This document shows, piece by piece, positions 24,000 to 59,779 of a stretch of 64,000 nt of DNA. Each line of letters starts with the position of its first letter. Within the stretch, counting starts at the first letter, position 1. Source of the stretch: Eledone cirrhosa (taxonomy: Eukaryota); contig OZ024760.1 in the NCBI GenBank assembly GCA_964016885.1, positions 5,952,001-6,016,000 of the forward strand, given 5' to 3'. Both the position numbers and the translations under genes were made by a program. A model generated the notes under the pieces. It was given only the letters and a program-made list of their open reading frames with translations. It made no database searches and was not told where the DNA came from.

Positions 24000-24572
24000 T
24001 AGCAGTGTCATCCAGTACTTGGCCCAAAACTATGGCTACACTGTGAGATGGGTTAGGCTCCTCATATAGGTGCCATCCAGTACTGGGCTCCAACTGGTCC
24101 TTTGACATAGTGGTGTCATCCAGTACTTGGCTGGCCCCAAAACTATGGCTACACTGTGAGATGGGTTAGGCTCCTCATATAGGTGCCATCCAGTACTGGG
24201 CTGCAACTGTTCCTTTGACATAGCGGTGTCATCCAGTACTTGGCTGGCCCCAAAACTATGGCTACACTGTGAGATGGGTTAGGCTCCTCATATAGGTGCC
24301 ATCCAGTACTGGGCTCCAACTGGTCCTTTGATATAGTGGTGTGATCCAACGCCAGGCTCCCAAACTGAAGTTCCACACCTGTCCCTCCTCATAGTGGTGT
24401 CATCCAGTACCGGGCTCCAAAACTGTGAGATGTGTTTGGTGCAGCTGACTGTCCTGCCCCTTGTCGTATCGGTGCCATCCAGTACCGGGCTCCTAAACTA
24501 TGGTTCTGTTGTGAGACGGGTTCAGCACTGCGAACTGGCCTGTCCCTATCCATAACGGAATCATCCAGTATC
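24000..24572. repeat. 113-bp tandem repeat (3 near-perfect plus degenerate copies)
   Basis: GTGTCATCCAGTACTTGG...CTATGGCTACACTGTGAGATGGG repeats at 113-bp spacing. Confidence 0.8.
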
Positions 24573-25036
24573 ACACTGTAAATGTGGTTGGTATTAGGAA
24601 GGGCATCCAGCTGTAAAATACCCGACCAAATTTACAGTCCTTGCTGGAGCAAGGTGCGAAATGGACAACTCTGGCCAGACTTCCCTCCCGCCTTGGATGA
24701 CTCATCTAACTCATGCAAGCATGAAAGACTGAACACTAAACAGTGATGATGATGATATATATATATATATATCACTGTAAATGTGTTGGTGTTAGGAAGG
24801 GCATCCAGCTGTAAAATACCTGGCTAACTCTGGCCAGACTTGCCTCCCGCCATGGACTACCCATCATGGTAAAATGGATGCGAGACGCTGATGATGATAC
24901 TCAATTGAAATTAATTAAAATAACAGGAATTCTGACAGGACCCATTGGAGGGAGTGTTTGAGGACTGTGCCCCACAACTCTCTCAGGAATAAGTGGGTAA
25001 AGAAAAGAACAAAAAAAAAAAAGGAATTAAAAATTA

Positions 25037-25200
25037 TACAGGTAAAATTCCGTTATAACGAATTTTTCAGTATAACGAAATTTTTTTCAATCCCTGCCGA
25101 CATGCTCGATGTGTTAGGTTGATTTCATTATGAAGAATTTTTTGTTACAACAATTTTTTTTTTATACACTGAATTTCGTTATAACAGAATTTCACAATAC
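25037..25200. mobile_element. Tc1/pogo-like MITE
   Basis: Imperfect TIRs TACAGGTAAAATTCCGTTATAACGAATT / AATTTCGTTATAACAGAATTTCAC, with internal TATAACGAA repeats. Confidence 0.55.
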
Positions 25201-25534
25201 AAGAATTGAACAAATCAATACCAATTAATAACGAAGACAATTTTAAAATCCAAAAAATATCTTTGTTTATTTTCTTGATGTGTTTGTGAATTTATTTATT
25301 TACAAAGTGTAGCCTCTGTAGTGAGGCCATTTCAACAACAAATTACATTGTCTCTTCTTCCAACAGAAGAACTATTAAATTTCCTTCCAACCTAACAAAA
25401 TACCAAATTGGAAGTAGATTAGGTGGGTGAATATATATATATACATACATACATATACATACATACACATATATATATATACACATACACACCCATATAT
25501 ATGTATATATACACACACACACGTATATATATAC

Positions 25535-25573
<39 letters not shown>

Positions 25574-26639
25574 CACACCAACTCTTTGGTATAGCTTCAT
25601 AGCTGATATATACATACATACACATATATATATACACACATATATACATACACATACATATATAAATATATATGTATGTATATATACAGATAAACACACA
25701 CACACATATATGTATATCATAATTATTCACAGTAAGTTGTAAAGAGGACAATATGGTGCCATGTTACTCATGGCAACATATTTTAATATTTTAGACATTT
25801 TACTTTTCTTTTCTTTCTTTTATTATTATTATTAATCATTTTATTTTTTTTACCAAATTCCATTTTTCCTAACTTATTCCACACAGCACACACAAATCTG
25901 AATCTGATGGTTGGTAGGGTTATCAATTCTTTCTTCAGGTGTAACAAAAATCTTTAGGTGAGAATGAAGACTGGAGTTTTAATGATGGAAGTATGGAAAT
26001 AAATGATTTATGGCCAGGTGTAACGAGTGAAAAAAAAAAACAAAAAAATAATAACAATAAGCCATAAACTTATGAAATATTTACAGCAGGACTTAAAAAA
26101 AGATAAGGGAAAAAAAAAAAAAAAAAAGCATGAGTTAGAATATAGATTTTGGTTTACTGATGAAACGAAAGGGAATTGAAGGCGCCATCTATGCCTTTTT
26201 TTTTTTTTTACAAGGAACTGAACTATTATTAAAGCTATTCTTTTGCGTTATAAAACAACTGTGGTTTCTAGCCTGGTGGTCTGTAAAGGTGGTGCTTAGA
26301 GTTTGTGAACTAAGTTTAAATACACACTCCATAGGGTATCTGTTCTTCTCTGTCTGAGGAGGGAGCCCTATGAGGTTGGGTGGCTGGCCATCGTCCGGGA
26401 GAATGCTTTAGCCATCTTGTCCGCAAGGCCCAAAGTCGAATCATCCCCACCCCCTCTCTTCCACGACACCAGACCTCTTGCCATCCCCTCCCTTTCGCAT
26501 TCTTTTTCTTCTTTCTTTCTCTATATTTCCCTATTCTTTCTTTCCCTTTGTCCCCCCCCCCCCACCTTTTTAAAAAAATTTATTCTTACTAAATAAGGTT
26601 TGTTTTTTAGGCTTTTGAAAAAATAAAAATAAAAACATA

Positions 26640-27335
26640 TAGTTTGTGTATATATAATGGTTATAGTTAGAGAAGAATATATACCCAATAATGTGTATAT
26701 ATAATGGTTATAGTTAGAGAAGAATATATACCCAATAATGTGTATATATAATGGTTATAGTTAGAGAAGAACAGATACCCAATAGGGTGTATATATTATG
26801 TTTATATTTAGAGAAGAACAGATACCCAATAGGGTGTATATATTATGTTTATATTTAAAGAACAGATACCCAATAGGGTGTATATATTATGTTTATATTT
26901 AGAGAAGAACAGATACCCAATAGGGTGTATATATTATGTTTATATTTAGAGAAGAACAGATACCCAATAGGGTGTATATATTATGTTTATATTTAGAGAA
27001 GAACAGATACCCAATAGGGTGTATATATTATGTTTATATTTAGAGAAGAACAGATACCCAATAGGGTGTATATATTATGTTTATATTTAGAGAAGAACAG
27101 ATACCCAATAGGGTGTATATATTATGTTTATATTTAGAGAAGAATATATACCCAATAGGGTGTATATATTATGTTTATATTTAGAGAAGAATATATACCC
27201 AATAGGGTGTATATATTATGTTTATATTTAGAGAAGAATATATACCCAATAGGGTGTATATATTATGTTTATATTTAGAGAAGAATATATACCCAATAGG
27301 GTGTATATATTGTTTATATTTAGAGAAGAAACGAT
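26640..27335. repeat. 47-bp minisatellite (~14 copies)
   Basis: Unit AGAGAAGAACAGATACCCAATAGGGTGTATATATTATGTTTATATTT (for example 26901 and 26948). Confidence 0.9.
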
Positions 27336-27594
27336 ACTCAATAATGTATCTGTTCTTCTCTAAATATAAACATTTCTCTCTTACAATAGATATTCTAACT
27401 GTATAACAATTTTAAGTACTGTTCTAAACTTAATATACATACACTATTGGGTGTATATTCTTCTCTAACTATAAACATAATATACACACTATTGGGTATA
27501 TATTCTTCTCTAACTATAAAGATAGTTATTCTCACTGTATAACAATGAATCCAGGTGGGGAATAATTTAGCTGGGGGTACACAGTGAAATTAAT

Positions 27595-28612
27595 ATTTAT
27601 GTGTTACACAGGCCACATTATATATATTTATGTGTTACACAGATCATCTTACATATATTTGTGTTACACAGGCCACCTTATATATATATTTATGTGTTAC
27701 ACAGATCATCTTACATATATTTGTGTTACACAGATCACCTTACATATATATATGTGTTACACAGATCACCTTACATATATATATGTGTTACACAGGCCAC
27801 CTTACATATATTTATGTGTTACACAGATCACCTTACATATATATATGTGTTACACAGGCCACCTTATATATATTTATGTGTTACACAGGTCACCTTACAC
27901 ATTATATATATTTATGTGTGTGTTACACAGGTCATCTTACATATATTTATATGTTACACAGATCATCTTACATATATTTGTGTGTTACACAGGCCACCTT
28001 ATATATATTTGTGTGTTACACAGGCCACCTTATATATATATTTGTGTTACACAGGCCACCTTATATATATTTGTGTGTTACACAGGTCACCTTATATATA
28101 TGTGTTACACAGATCACCTTACATATATTTGTGTTACACAGGCCACCTTATATATATTTATATGTGTTACACAGATCATCTTACATATATTTGTGTGTTA
28201 CACAGGCCACCTTATATATATTTATATGTGTTACACAGGCCACCTTACATATATTTGTGTGTTACACAGATCATCTTACATATATTTGTGTGTGTTACAC
28301 AGGCCACCTTACATATATTTATATGTGTTACACAGGCCTCCATCATCGTTTAATGTCCATCTTCCATGCTAGCTGTGTTACACAGGTCACCTTACATATA
28401 TTTGTGTGTGTTACACAGGCCTCCATCATCGTTTAATGTCCATCTTCCATGCTAGCTGTGTTACACAGGTCACCTTACATATATTTGTGTGTGTTACACA
28501 GGCCTCCATCATCGTTTAATATCCATCTTCCATGCTAGCTGTGTTACACAGGTCACCTTACATATATTTGTGTGTGTTACACAGGTCACCATACACGTGT
28601 GTTACACAGGCT
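27595..28612. repeat. ~30-34-bp variable minisatellite immediately downstream of the LEO1 stop
   Basis: Core GTGTTACACAG(G/A)(C/T)CA(C/T)CTTA(C/T)ATATAT, roughly 30 copies. Confidence 0.9.
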
Positions 28613-28640
28613 ACAAAGCTCACACCCTGTACCCTCACCC

Positions 28641-50922
<22,282 letters not shown>

Positions 50923-50979
50923 CTGTAGTTGGAAAAAAAAGAATATATTAAATACTGGTTAATTGTTAACATCTTTTAA

Positions 50980-51166
50980 TAATTGTTTCTACTTTTTGGC
51001 ACAAGGCCAGCAATTACCCAGTACATTACTGGTACTTTATTTTATCGACCCCGCAAGGATGAAAGGCAAAGTCAACCTCGGCGGGAATTGAACTCAGATC
51101 GTAAAGGGACGTAACTATGCTGGAAAGCATAATCCAACCCTCTACCGATACTGCCAATTCACCGCC
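50980..51166 (-). mobile_element. tRNA-derived SINE, family A (~190 bp, (ATT)n tail), very abundant
   Basis: Head GGCGGTGAATTGGCAGTATCGGTAGAG, B box GAGTTCAATTCC, body GCCTTTCATCCTT.CGGGGTCGATAAAATAAAGTACCAG. Copies at about 13130-13960 (tandem), 28955-29142, 34100-34280, 37255-37665, 43950-44420, 45190-45380, 51587-51685 and 61470-62070. Confidence 0.85.
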
Positions 51167-52556
51167 CTTAACATCTTTTAATAGTTTAACAGAAAATATC
51201 TCAAAACTTGATAAAGCACATAGACTGGATATCAACGGGTCACTCGAGGTAGAACTGCTACTTCTCTGCATTGAGAGCTCTGGCGAGATTGTCTACGGAA
51301 AGAATCGCTGGACAGATTTCACAGGTAAAACCAACAGGCAGGAAACTCAAAGGTTGACCTTAAGTATGTAGAAGATCACGCCATCTAGCGTCGACTTTGG
51401 AGGCAGTCAATTAACTGCCCTTAGTTCTGACATCAGGAGATGAAACAATAGCTCTTGAACGGTGACACCTCGCAGTGACCTCAACAGCGATATCACACCA
51501 TGCGGTTGCGGCATAATACAATTATTGACAATTACCCAACCTAGGAGCACTTATTTAATTGCTCTAATTAAAATGTTCACATAACATAATTGTTTCTACT
51601 TTAGGCACAAGGCCAGCAATTACCCAGTGCATTACTGGTACTTTATTTTATCGACCCCGTAAGGATGAAAGGCAAAGTCAACATTGAGGTATGTTCCTTC
51701 TTCCTTGTTTGACCATGTGCCAGTATATTATATCCAATTAGGTGGGATGTCTGACCACCCCGCCTAAAAGTACATTGGTTGGATAACACCCATGAGCTTT
51801 CACATTTCCCAGTCATGAATCTGGATTAATGAGCGAAAGAATACAATCATGAACACAAGCAGCTGAAATGGGGTTCCTCCAAAGGGTCTTTGGAGTAACA
51901 TTACTTGATAGGGTGCATAGTTCGTATAGCAGAGAGTCGTTCCAGGTACAGCTGTTATTTGTTTGAATTGAGAGATCATAGCTCTGATATTATGGACATG
52001 TGGCTAAAATCTCTCAGGAGAGAATCACCGGACAGATTTTATGGGCAAAAACCAACCGGCAGAAGACCTAGGGACACGCTCCAAGCAAGAATGTTGAACA
52101 AGCAAGAATGTTGAATAACATCTTTGAGCTCAGCTGGTCTCACTTGGGAATCCAGCTGGATCAAGTGGAGATGGTTGCTTCTGACAGGACCAGCTGGAAG
52201 GAGTGTTTGAGGACTCTACCCCCACATTCTCAGGAATAAATGGGCAAAGAAAGGGGTGGGAGAAGATTATGAACCCCCAGAGTGTCAGGCAGTGGAACTG
52301 AAACTGAAACGACTTGTTACAGAGCAAACCTCTCAACTCATTAACATTACCTGTAAAACTGTGTAGCACCCAAATAAATTGTTGCCATGGTTGCTTTAAT
52401 TAAGGAAGTCGTTTAAATAATAAACACTACCTTAAATTATTAATTTTACTATCTTTCCTTTTTATCATTGAAAAACAAAACTCTTCTTCAGTTTTTAAAA
52501 TATTTTTTTCTTTCTTCAAATAATTTTGACATTTTATTTTTTACTGTTTTTTTTAA

Positions 52557-52588
<32 letters not shown>

Positions 52589-53402
52589 CATCAAAAAAAT
52601 ACTTTTATCAATAGTTTTCTTTCTGCCATCAATAAACCCTAAGGCCATAATATTAGAACTATATTACATTTGTTATGTTGTGGAAGGTGGGCTTGGAGTG
52701 AGGTGTGGCCGTTTGCTTTAACTAATAAAGCAGTGTTGACTCGTGGTAGTAAAAGACGACGACAGAGAATAAGTAGGAGGAGAAGTGACTGAGTACAATG
52801 AGGGTTAAGTTAGTTCCATGTAATCAATAAATTTTTATTATTATTACCCACCGCCACTCCCCTCACCCCGCCCATCTTTTTTTTTTTTGGGGTTGTTATT
52901 TTCTATCTAGCACTTGTAGTGTTTGAACCAGGTTCCTAAATGGAGTTATGATGGATATATGATGGCTGGTAAATTATGATTGATTGTTACAAAGGGAAAT
53001 ATGTCAGTTGGTGAGTGAAGCAACCATTCACCATTATCCACGGGCGTAATTGTAAAAATTTACCGATCCACACCTCAAACTAGGATGGCCTATATTACAC
53101 ACACACGTGTGTGTGTGTGTGTATCTATCTATACACACACATATATATATATATATGTATGCTAGCATGGAAGATGGACTTTAAACAATGATGATGTGTG
53201 TATACATATATATATATATATACATACATATTTTTAAATACATATATACACACACACATATATATATATACATACACACACATATATATATATACATGTA
53301 TATATATATATATATGTATGCTAGCATGGAAGATGGACTTTAAACAATGATGATGTGTGTATATATATATATATACACATATTTTTATATACATATATAT
53401 AT

Positions 53403-53437
<35 letters not shown>

Positions 53438-54099
53438 CATACACAAACATATATATACATGTATATATATATATATGTATGCTAGTGTGGAAGATGAATG
53501 ATGATATATATATGTATGTATAGGATGATCTCTCTTCCTATCTAATTATCTCCATATCATATCTATTTGAATTTAAACACAGGAAGCTATCATATATTTG
53601 AAAGCTAAGGCGACACCAACTGTGGTAAAAACGAAAACAAGAGAACTAGAGTAGTGACAAAGGAAGTTCTCAGCTTTGAATTAACTTATGAATATATAAC
53701 TACATTTATCTAAAAAAAACCTTCCACCATAATTTTATGTAACACTCTTTGCTATATTTGAAACACTAACTTTAAAATGTGAAATATTAGTTATATTACT
53801 AAGTCCAGCCAAATATTGGATTATTTTCAAAATTAATTGAAAACCATAGGCTGTGTCAAGGGTTAAAACCCTTGAGAGACCTCCATTATAGAATAAGGCT
53901 GGGCTGAAGAGTTCATAGGCTGACTACGAAAGACTGATGCTAGAGCTGTGAAATAAACCTCATTTAGTCATTCCATGAGAGTGTCTTGGTCAACTTATGA
54001 ATGTTTCAGCTCACTCTCATATACATATGTGTGTGTCTGTCTGTATGTATGTATGTACTCTTATTAATCACTGCATTGCTTTTTTTCCACAGACTGTTG

Positions 54100-55100
54100 A
54101 AAAATAAACCTCATTTGATCATTTCATGAGAGAATCTTGGTCATAGGCTGACTATGAAGGAGTGATGCTAGAGCATACATAATTTCAACTCTTCTTCAAT
54201 AACTACATTGTTTCTTTCCAGGGACTATGTTGAAAAAATAAGCCTCATTTGATCATTTCATGAGAGAATCTTGGTCATAGGCTGACTATGAAGGAGTGAT
54301 GCTAGAGCATACATAATTTCAACTCTTCTTCAATAACTACATTGTTTCTTTCCAGGGACTATGTTGAAAAAATAAGCCTCATTTGATCATTTCATGAGAG
54401 AATCTTGGTCATAGGCTGACTATGAAGGAGTGATGCTAGAGCATACATAATTTCAACTCTTCTTCAATAACTACATTGTTTCTTTCCAGGGACTATGTTG
54501 AAAAAATAAGCCTCATTTGGTCATTTCATGAGAGAATCTTGGTCATAGGCTGACTATGAAGGAGTGATGCTAGAGCATACATAATTTCAACTCTTCTTCA
54601 ATAACTACATTGTTTCTTTCCAGGGACTATGTTGAAAAAATAAGCCTCATTTGATCATTTCATGAGAGAATCTTGGTCATAGGCTGACTATGAAGGAGTG
54701 ATGCTAGAGCATACATAATTTCAACTCTTCTTCAATAACTACATTGTTTCTTTCCAGGGACTATGTTGAAAAAATAAGCCTCATTTGATCATTTCATGAG
54801 AGAATCTTGGTCATAGGCTGACTATGAAGGAGTGATGCTAGAGCATACATAATTTCAACTCTTCTTCAATAACTACATTGTTTCTTTCCAGGGACTATGT
54901 TGAAAAAATAAGCCTCATTTGATCATTTCATGAGAGAATCTTGGTCATAGGCTGACTATGAAGGAGTGATGCTAGAGCATACATAATTTCAACTCTTCTT
55001 CAATAACTACATTGTTTCTTTCCAGGGACTATGTTGAAAAAATAAGCCTCATTTGGTCATTTCACGAGAGAATCTCAGTCAGCCTATGGTCTTTTCAGCT
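54100..55100. repeat. 134-bp satellite (~7 near-identical copies) amplified from a mariner-like MITE interior
   Basis: GGTCATAGGCTGACT recurs at 54139, 54273, 54407 and onward. The sequence matches the interior of the element at 6228-6370. Confidence 0.88.
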
Positions 55101-55269
55101 GACCCTTGTAGGCCACCTCAACATACAAAGGTGTGAGCTGTAACAACTACAACACATGAGCTATGGTCAAAGCTATGAAGATACTTGGCCTAGTGGGAAG
55201 AATGTCAGATTCATAACCATAAGATTGTGAGTTTGAGCAAGGCACTTCATTTCACGTTGCTCTTCATCA

Positions 55270-56950
55270 TAGGACTAGGCCCACTATTATTAAAACACAT
55301 GGGAAACATCTTATGAGATACAACCTTGCTGGAGGCCAATTAAACCTGCAGATAGGTATGAACTATGACAACAAAATACACATGTCTGTGTATCATTAAA
55401 ACACCTGAGAAACCACCTATGAGCTACAACTTTGTTAGAGGCCAGTTAAACCAGCATATAAGTGTGAGCTGTGACAACATTTATATGTATGTCTGTGTTG
55501 ATGGGACTGTGGCTCCTATCATTAAAACACATGAGAGAGAGCTCCTATGAAATACAATTTCATAGGAAGCCAGCTAAATCTGCATATAGGTGTGAGCTGT
55601 GACAACAACATACATCTGTATATATATAGGTTTGGGGCCTCTGCCATTAAAACATCTGAGAAACCTCTTATGAGATACAACCCTATAGGAGGCCAGCTAA
55701 ACCTGCACATAAGTGTGAGTTGTGACAAATACATCTGTATATGTATGATAGGTTTGGGGCCCCTACCATTAAAACATCTGAGAAACCTCTTATGAGATTA
55801 CAACCCTATAGGAGGCCAGCTAAACCTGCATATAAGTGTGAGTTGTGACAAATACATCTGTATATGTATGATAGGTTTGGGGGCCCTACCATTAAAACAT
55901 CTGAGAAACCTCTTATGAGATACAACCCTATAGGAGGCCAGCTAAACCTGCATATAAGTGTGAGTTGTGACAAATACATCTGTATATGTATGATAGGTTT
56001 GGGGGCCCTACCATTAAAACATCTGAGAAACCTCTTATGAGATACAACCCTATAGGAGGCCAGCTAAACCTGCATATAGGTGTGAGTTGTGACAAATACA
56101 TCTGTATATGTATGATAGGTTTGGGGCCCCCTACCATTAAAACATCTGAGAAACCTCTTATGAGATTACAACCCTATAGGAGGCCAGCTAAACCTGCATA
56201 TAGGTGTGAGTTGTGACAACAACATACATCTGTATATATATAGGTTTGGGGCCTCTGCCATTAAAACATCTGAGAAACCTCTTATGAGATACAACCCTAT
56301 AGGAGGCCAGCTAAACCTGCATATAAGTGTGAGTTGTGACAAATACATCTGTATATGTATGATAGGTTTGGGGCCCCTACCATTAAAACATCTGAGAAAC
56401 CTCTTATGAGATTACAACCCTATAGGAGGCTAGCTAAATCTACATATAGGTGTGAGTTGTGACAAATACATCTGTATATGTATGATAGATTTGGGGCCCC
56501 TACCATTAAAACATCTGAGAAACCTCTTATGAGATACAACCCTATAGGAGGCCAGCTAAACCTGCATATAAGTTTGAGTTGTGACAAATACATCTGTATA
56601 TGTATGATAGGTTTGGGGGCCTCTACCATTAAAACATGAGAAACATCTTATGAGATTACAACCCTATAGGAGGCCAGCTAAACCTGCATATAAGTGTGAG
56701 TTGTGACAAATACATCTGTATATGTATGATAGGTTTGGGGGCCCTACCATTAAAACATCTGAGAAACCTCTTATGAGATACAACCCTATAGGAGGCCAGC
56801 TAAACCTGCATATAAGTGTGAGTTGTGACAAATACATCTGTATATGTATGATAGGTTTGGGGGCCCTACCATTAAAACATCTGAGAAATCTCTTATGAGA
56901 TTACAACCCTATAGGAGGCTAGCTAAATCTACATATAGGTGTGAGTTATA
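55270..56950. repeat. ~122-bp satellite (~13 copies)
   Basis: Unit ATTAAAACATCTGAGAAACCTCTTATGAGATACAACCCTATAGGAGGCCAGCTAAACCTGC...GGTTTGGGGCCCCTACC, more diverged at the left edge. Confidence 0.9.
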
Positions 56951-57849
56951 AATTTCATTTTTTTTTTTTCATTTCACGAGCAAAAAAAAAAAAAAATATA
57001 TAAAAAAACTGGGTCTATTACATGGAAAAATTGCCGATTGCTGATCTAGTTTTACATTATCTTAGTAACATACGCCTCTTTCTCCCCTTATTTCAGTCCA
57101 TTAAGGTGTGAATCAAGGGAGATTTTTGGCAGGTATTTCTAGCAGCTTGTTGCCAAAGCAATTTAAATAGATTGCTGGTAAACGAGAATGAGATGGGGTA
57201 GGGCTGGATTAAAAATAGTGCTGCAGTTACTTGGAGATGAAATTCAAGTTGGTTGCCAAGAATTTTTTCCTTTTATTTATTTATTTATTATTTTATTTTT
57301 TGATGTTAAAATGATTAACAACAAAATATTATTTATAAACTCTATCTTTAGTCGGCTTTCATTAACAGCAAAGATGAGATCAGTCGAAGTAAATGGATAT
57401 TTTATGGCACTGAATAAATTATAAAGAAAAAGAAAAGAAAAATAATTTAACTCTTTCGTTAATATATTTCTAATGAAAGACGCTGCCCATGGTTTTATAA
57501 TAATTTTGAATATAATAAAGAATTTAGTGGGATTTAGTAATATAACAAATTTTTTCATTATTAAGCTGGTGTTTGGAACATAATTTAACAAAGGTTCTTA
57601 CATAAAATTTAGTAGATAAATATAAACACTTTAACCCTTTAGCATTTAAACCAGCCATATCCGGCCAGAAATCTCTCACCTCTTTGTGTTCAAACTGGCT
57701 GTAACCAATTGCTCATACTTATGTTAAGGTATTGTTCTCAAAATAAAATCAAAATCCCATAGATTTGATATTAGGTGAGGTAAAGTGTTTATCATGAAAA
57801 TACATTAGTATATATATAGAGTAACGTAACTGCTAAAGGGTTAACCCTT

Positions 57850-58870
57850 TTAGTCCTCCTACCATCTCCTTACTCACTACCACCAGGACAGAGCTGACCA
57901 CCTGGTGCTTGTTCTTGGTCCTCCTACCATCTCCATATTCACTACCACCAGGACAGAGCTGACCACTGGGGTTCTTAGTCCTCCTACCATCTCCATATTC
58001 ACTACTACAAGGAGAGAGCTGACCACCAGGTGGTCTTAGTCTTCCTACCACCTCCTTACTCACTACCACCAGGACAGAGCTGACCACCAGGTTGTCTTAG
58101 TCCTCCTACCACCTCCTTACTCACTAACCACCAGGACAGAGCTGACCACCTGGTGGTCTCAATCTGCCTACCACCTCCTTACTCACTACCACCAGGACAG
58201 AGCTGACCACCTGGTGGTCTCAATCTGCCTACCACCTCCTTACTCACTAACCACCAGGACAGAGCTGACCACCTGGTGGTCTTAGTCTTCCTACCACCTC
58301 CTTACTCACTACCACCAGGACAGAGCTGACCACCAGGTGGTCTTAGTCTTCCTACCACCTCCTTACTCACTACCACCAGGACAGAGCTGACCACCTGGTG
58401 GTCTTAGTCTTCCTACCACCTCCTTACTCACTAACCACCAGGACAGAGCTGACCACCAGGTTGTCTTAGTCTTCCTACCACCTCCTTACTCACTACCACC
58501 AGGACAGAGCTGACCACCTGGTGGTCTTAGTCTTCCTACCACCTCCTTACTCACTAACCACCAGGACAGAGCTGACCACCTGGTGGTCTTAGTCTTCCTA
58601 CCACCTCCTTACTCACTACCACCAGGACAGAGCTGACCACCTGGTGGTCTTAGTCTTCCTACCACCTCCTTACTCACTACCATCAGGACAGAGCTGACCA
58701 CCAGGTTGTCTTAGTCCTCCTACCACCTCCTCACTCACTACCACCAGGACAGAGCTGACCACCAGGTGGTCTTAGTCCTCCTACCACCAGGACAGAGCTG
58801 ACCACCTGGTGGTCTTAGTCCTTGTACTACCATCTCCATATTCACTGTTATCAGGACAGAGCTGACCACC
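57850..58870. repeat. 61-bp minisatellite (~16 copies)
   Basis: Unit CTTAGTCTTCCTACCACCTCCTTACTCACTACCACCAGGACAGAGCTGACCACC(A/T)GGTGGT (58281, 58342). Confidence 0.9.
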
Positions 58871-59779
58871 CAGCATAAATGAGCCCTGATAGTTGGAACA
58901 CCTATTTTTTTTCTTCTCAATGCGCCTCTCTTTTATTCTCCAGGGTACCGCCTTCTCCATCCTGTCTACTGGGACCAGGATGCAGCACTTGCCTGGGGTT
59001 CTACACACCAGACAGCATGCTCCCACACTACCCAGGCTTCTTCTACCAACTGGAGGGTAGCGATGATTGCGTATTCTTTTTCAATTTCCAGACAAAGAGA
59101 CCAAATATTTTACAACCTCTTAGAATCTGTAACTTCAATGTTGTTGTTGTTGTTGCTGCTGTTGCTGTAGTTGTTGTTACAGTTCACACCTGAGTAGGTT
59201 TAGTTGGCTTCCTATGGGATTACATGTTTTAATGATGTAAGTACCCATCCTCCCCTACCCCACAGTCCTATCATGCTACTACTTAGCCCCATCCCACCCC
59301 GGTCAAACATCAGCAGCCGGATACAGAATCAGAAAACGCAAGAGGTTGAAAATAATAAACACAGCAAGGCATTTTGTCTCTGACACTCTACCGATTCTGC
59401 CAATCTAGATTGGAATGATTCTACATAATCAGTTTTTTGGCAGTTTTTTTTTAGTGCTATTCTAGGCAGGTGGCCCACTAGCAAATGATAACCGCGCAGA
59501 AGAAGGCTTAAAGTTTTGGGACAAATCTGAAGAGAAATATTTCGGTGTCACAGATCAAGGGAAGAAGATAAAGAGAAAGATAAGGTTGTTCTACAAACTC
59601 ATACAGATCATGTCAGCACCAACCACACACACAAGTGTTTTAAGGGCAACCCACCACCACCAACACCACTAAAGCAAGGGTCAGCATTGCAAGCTCCATG
59701 ATGTAAAGGCAATGCTATACAGCAGCAAAAGTAATGCTATACAGACAGATGCACTTCCTGGCGCCAAGTCACCTCTTGA

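Noticed and set aside
27584-28436. Three overlapping 250+ aa ORFs
   Set aside because: Stop-poor minisatellite on the strand opposite LEO1; not coding.
52350-52388. Minus-strand ATG GCA ACA...TAC AG|GTAATG as candidate LEO1 exon 1
   Set aside because: Ends in phase 2 whereas the next exon needs phase 1, and the peptide does not resemble LEO1 N-termini.
58944-59057. Possible plus-strand exon after TTTTATTCTCCAG
   Set aside because: No recognisable protein in any frame and no partner exons found.
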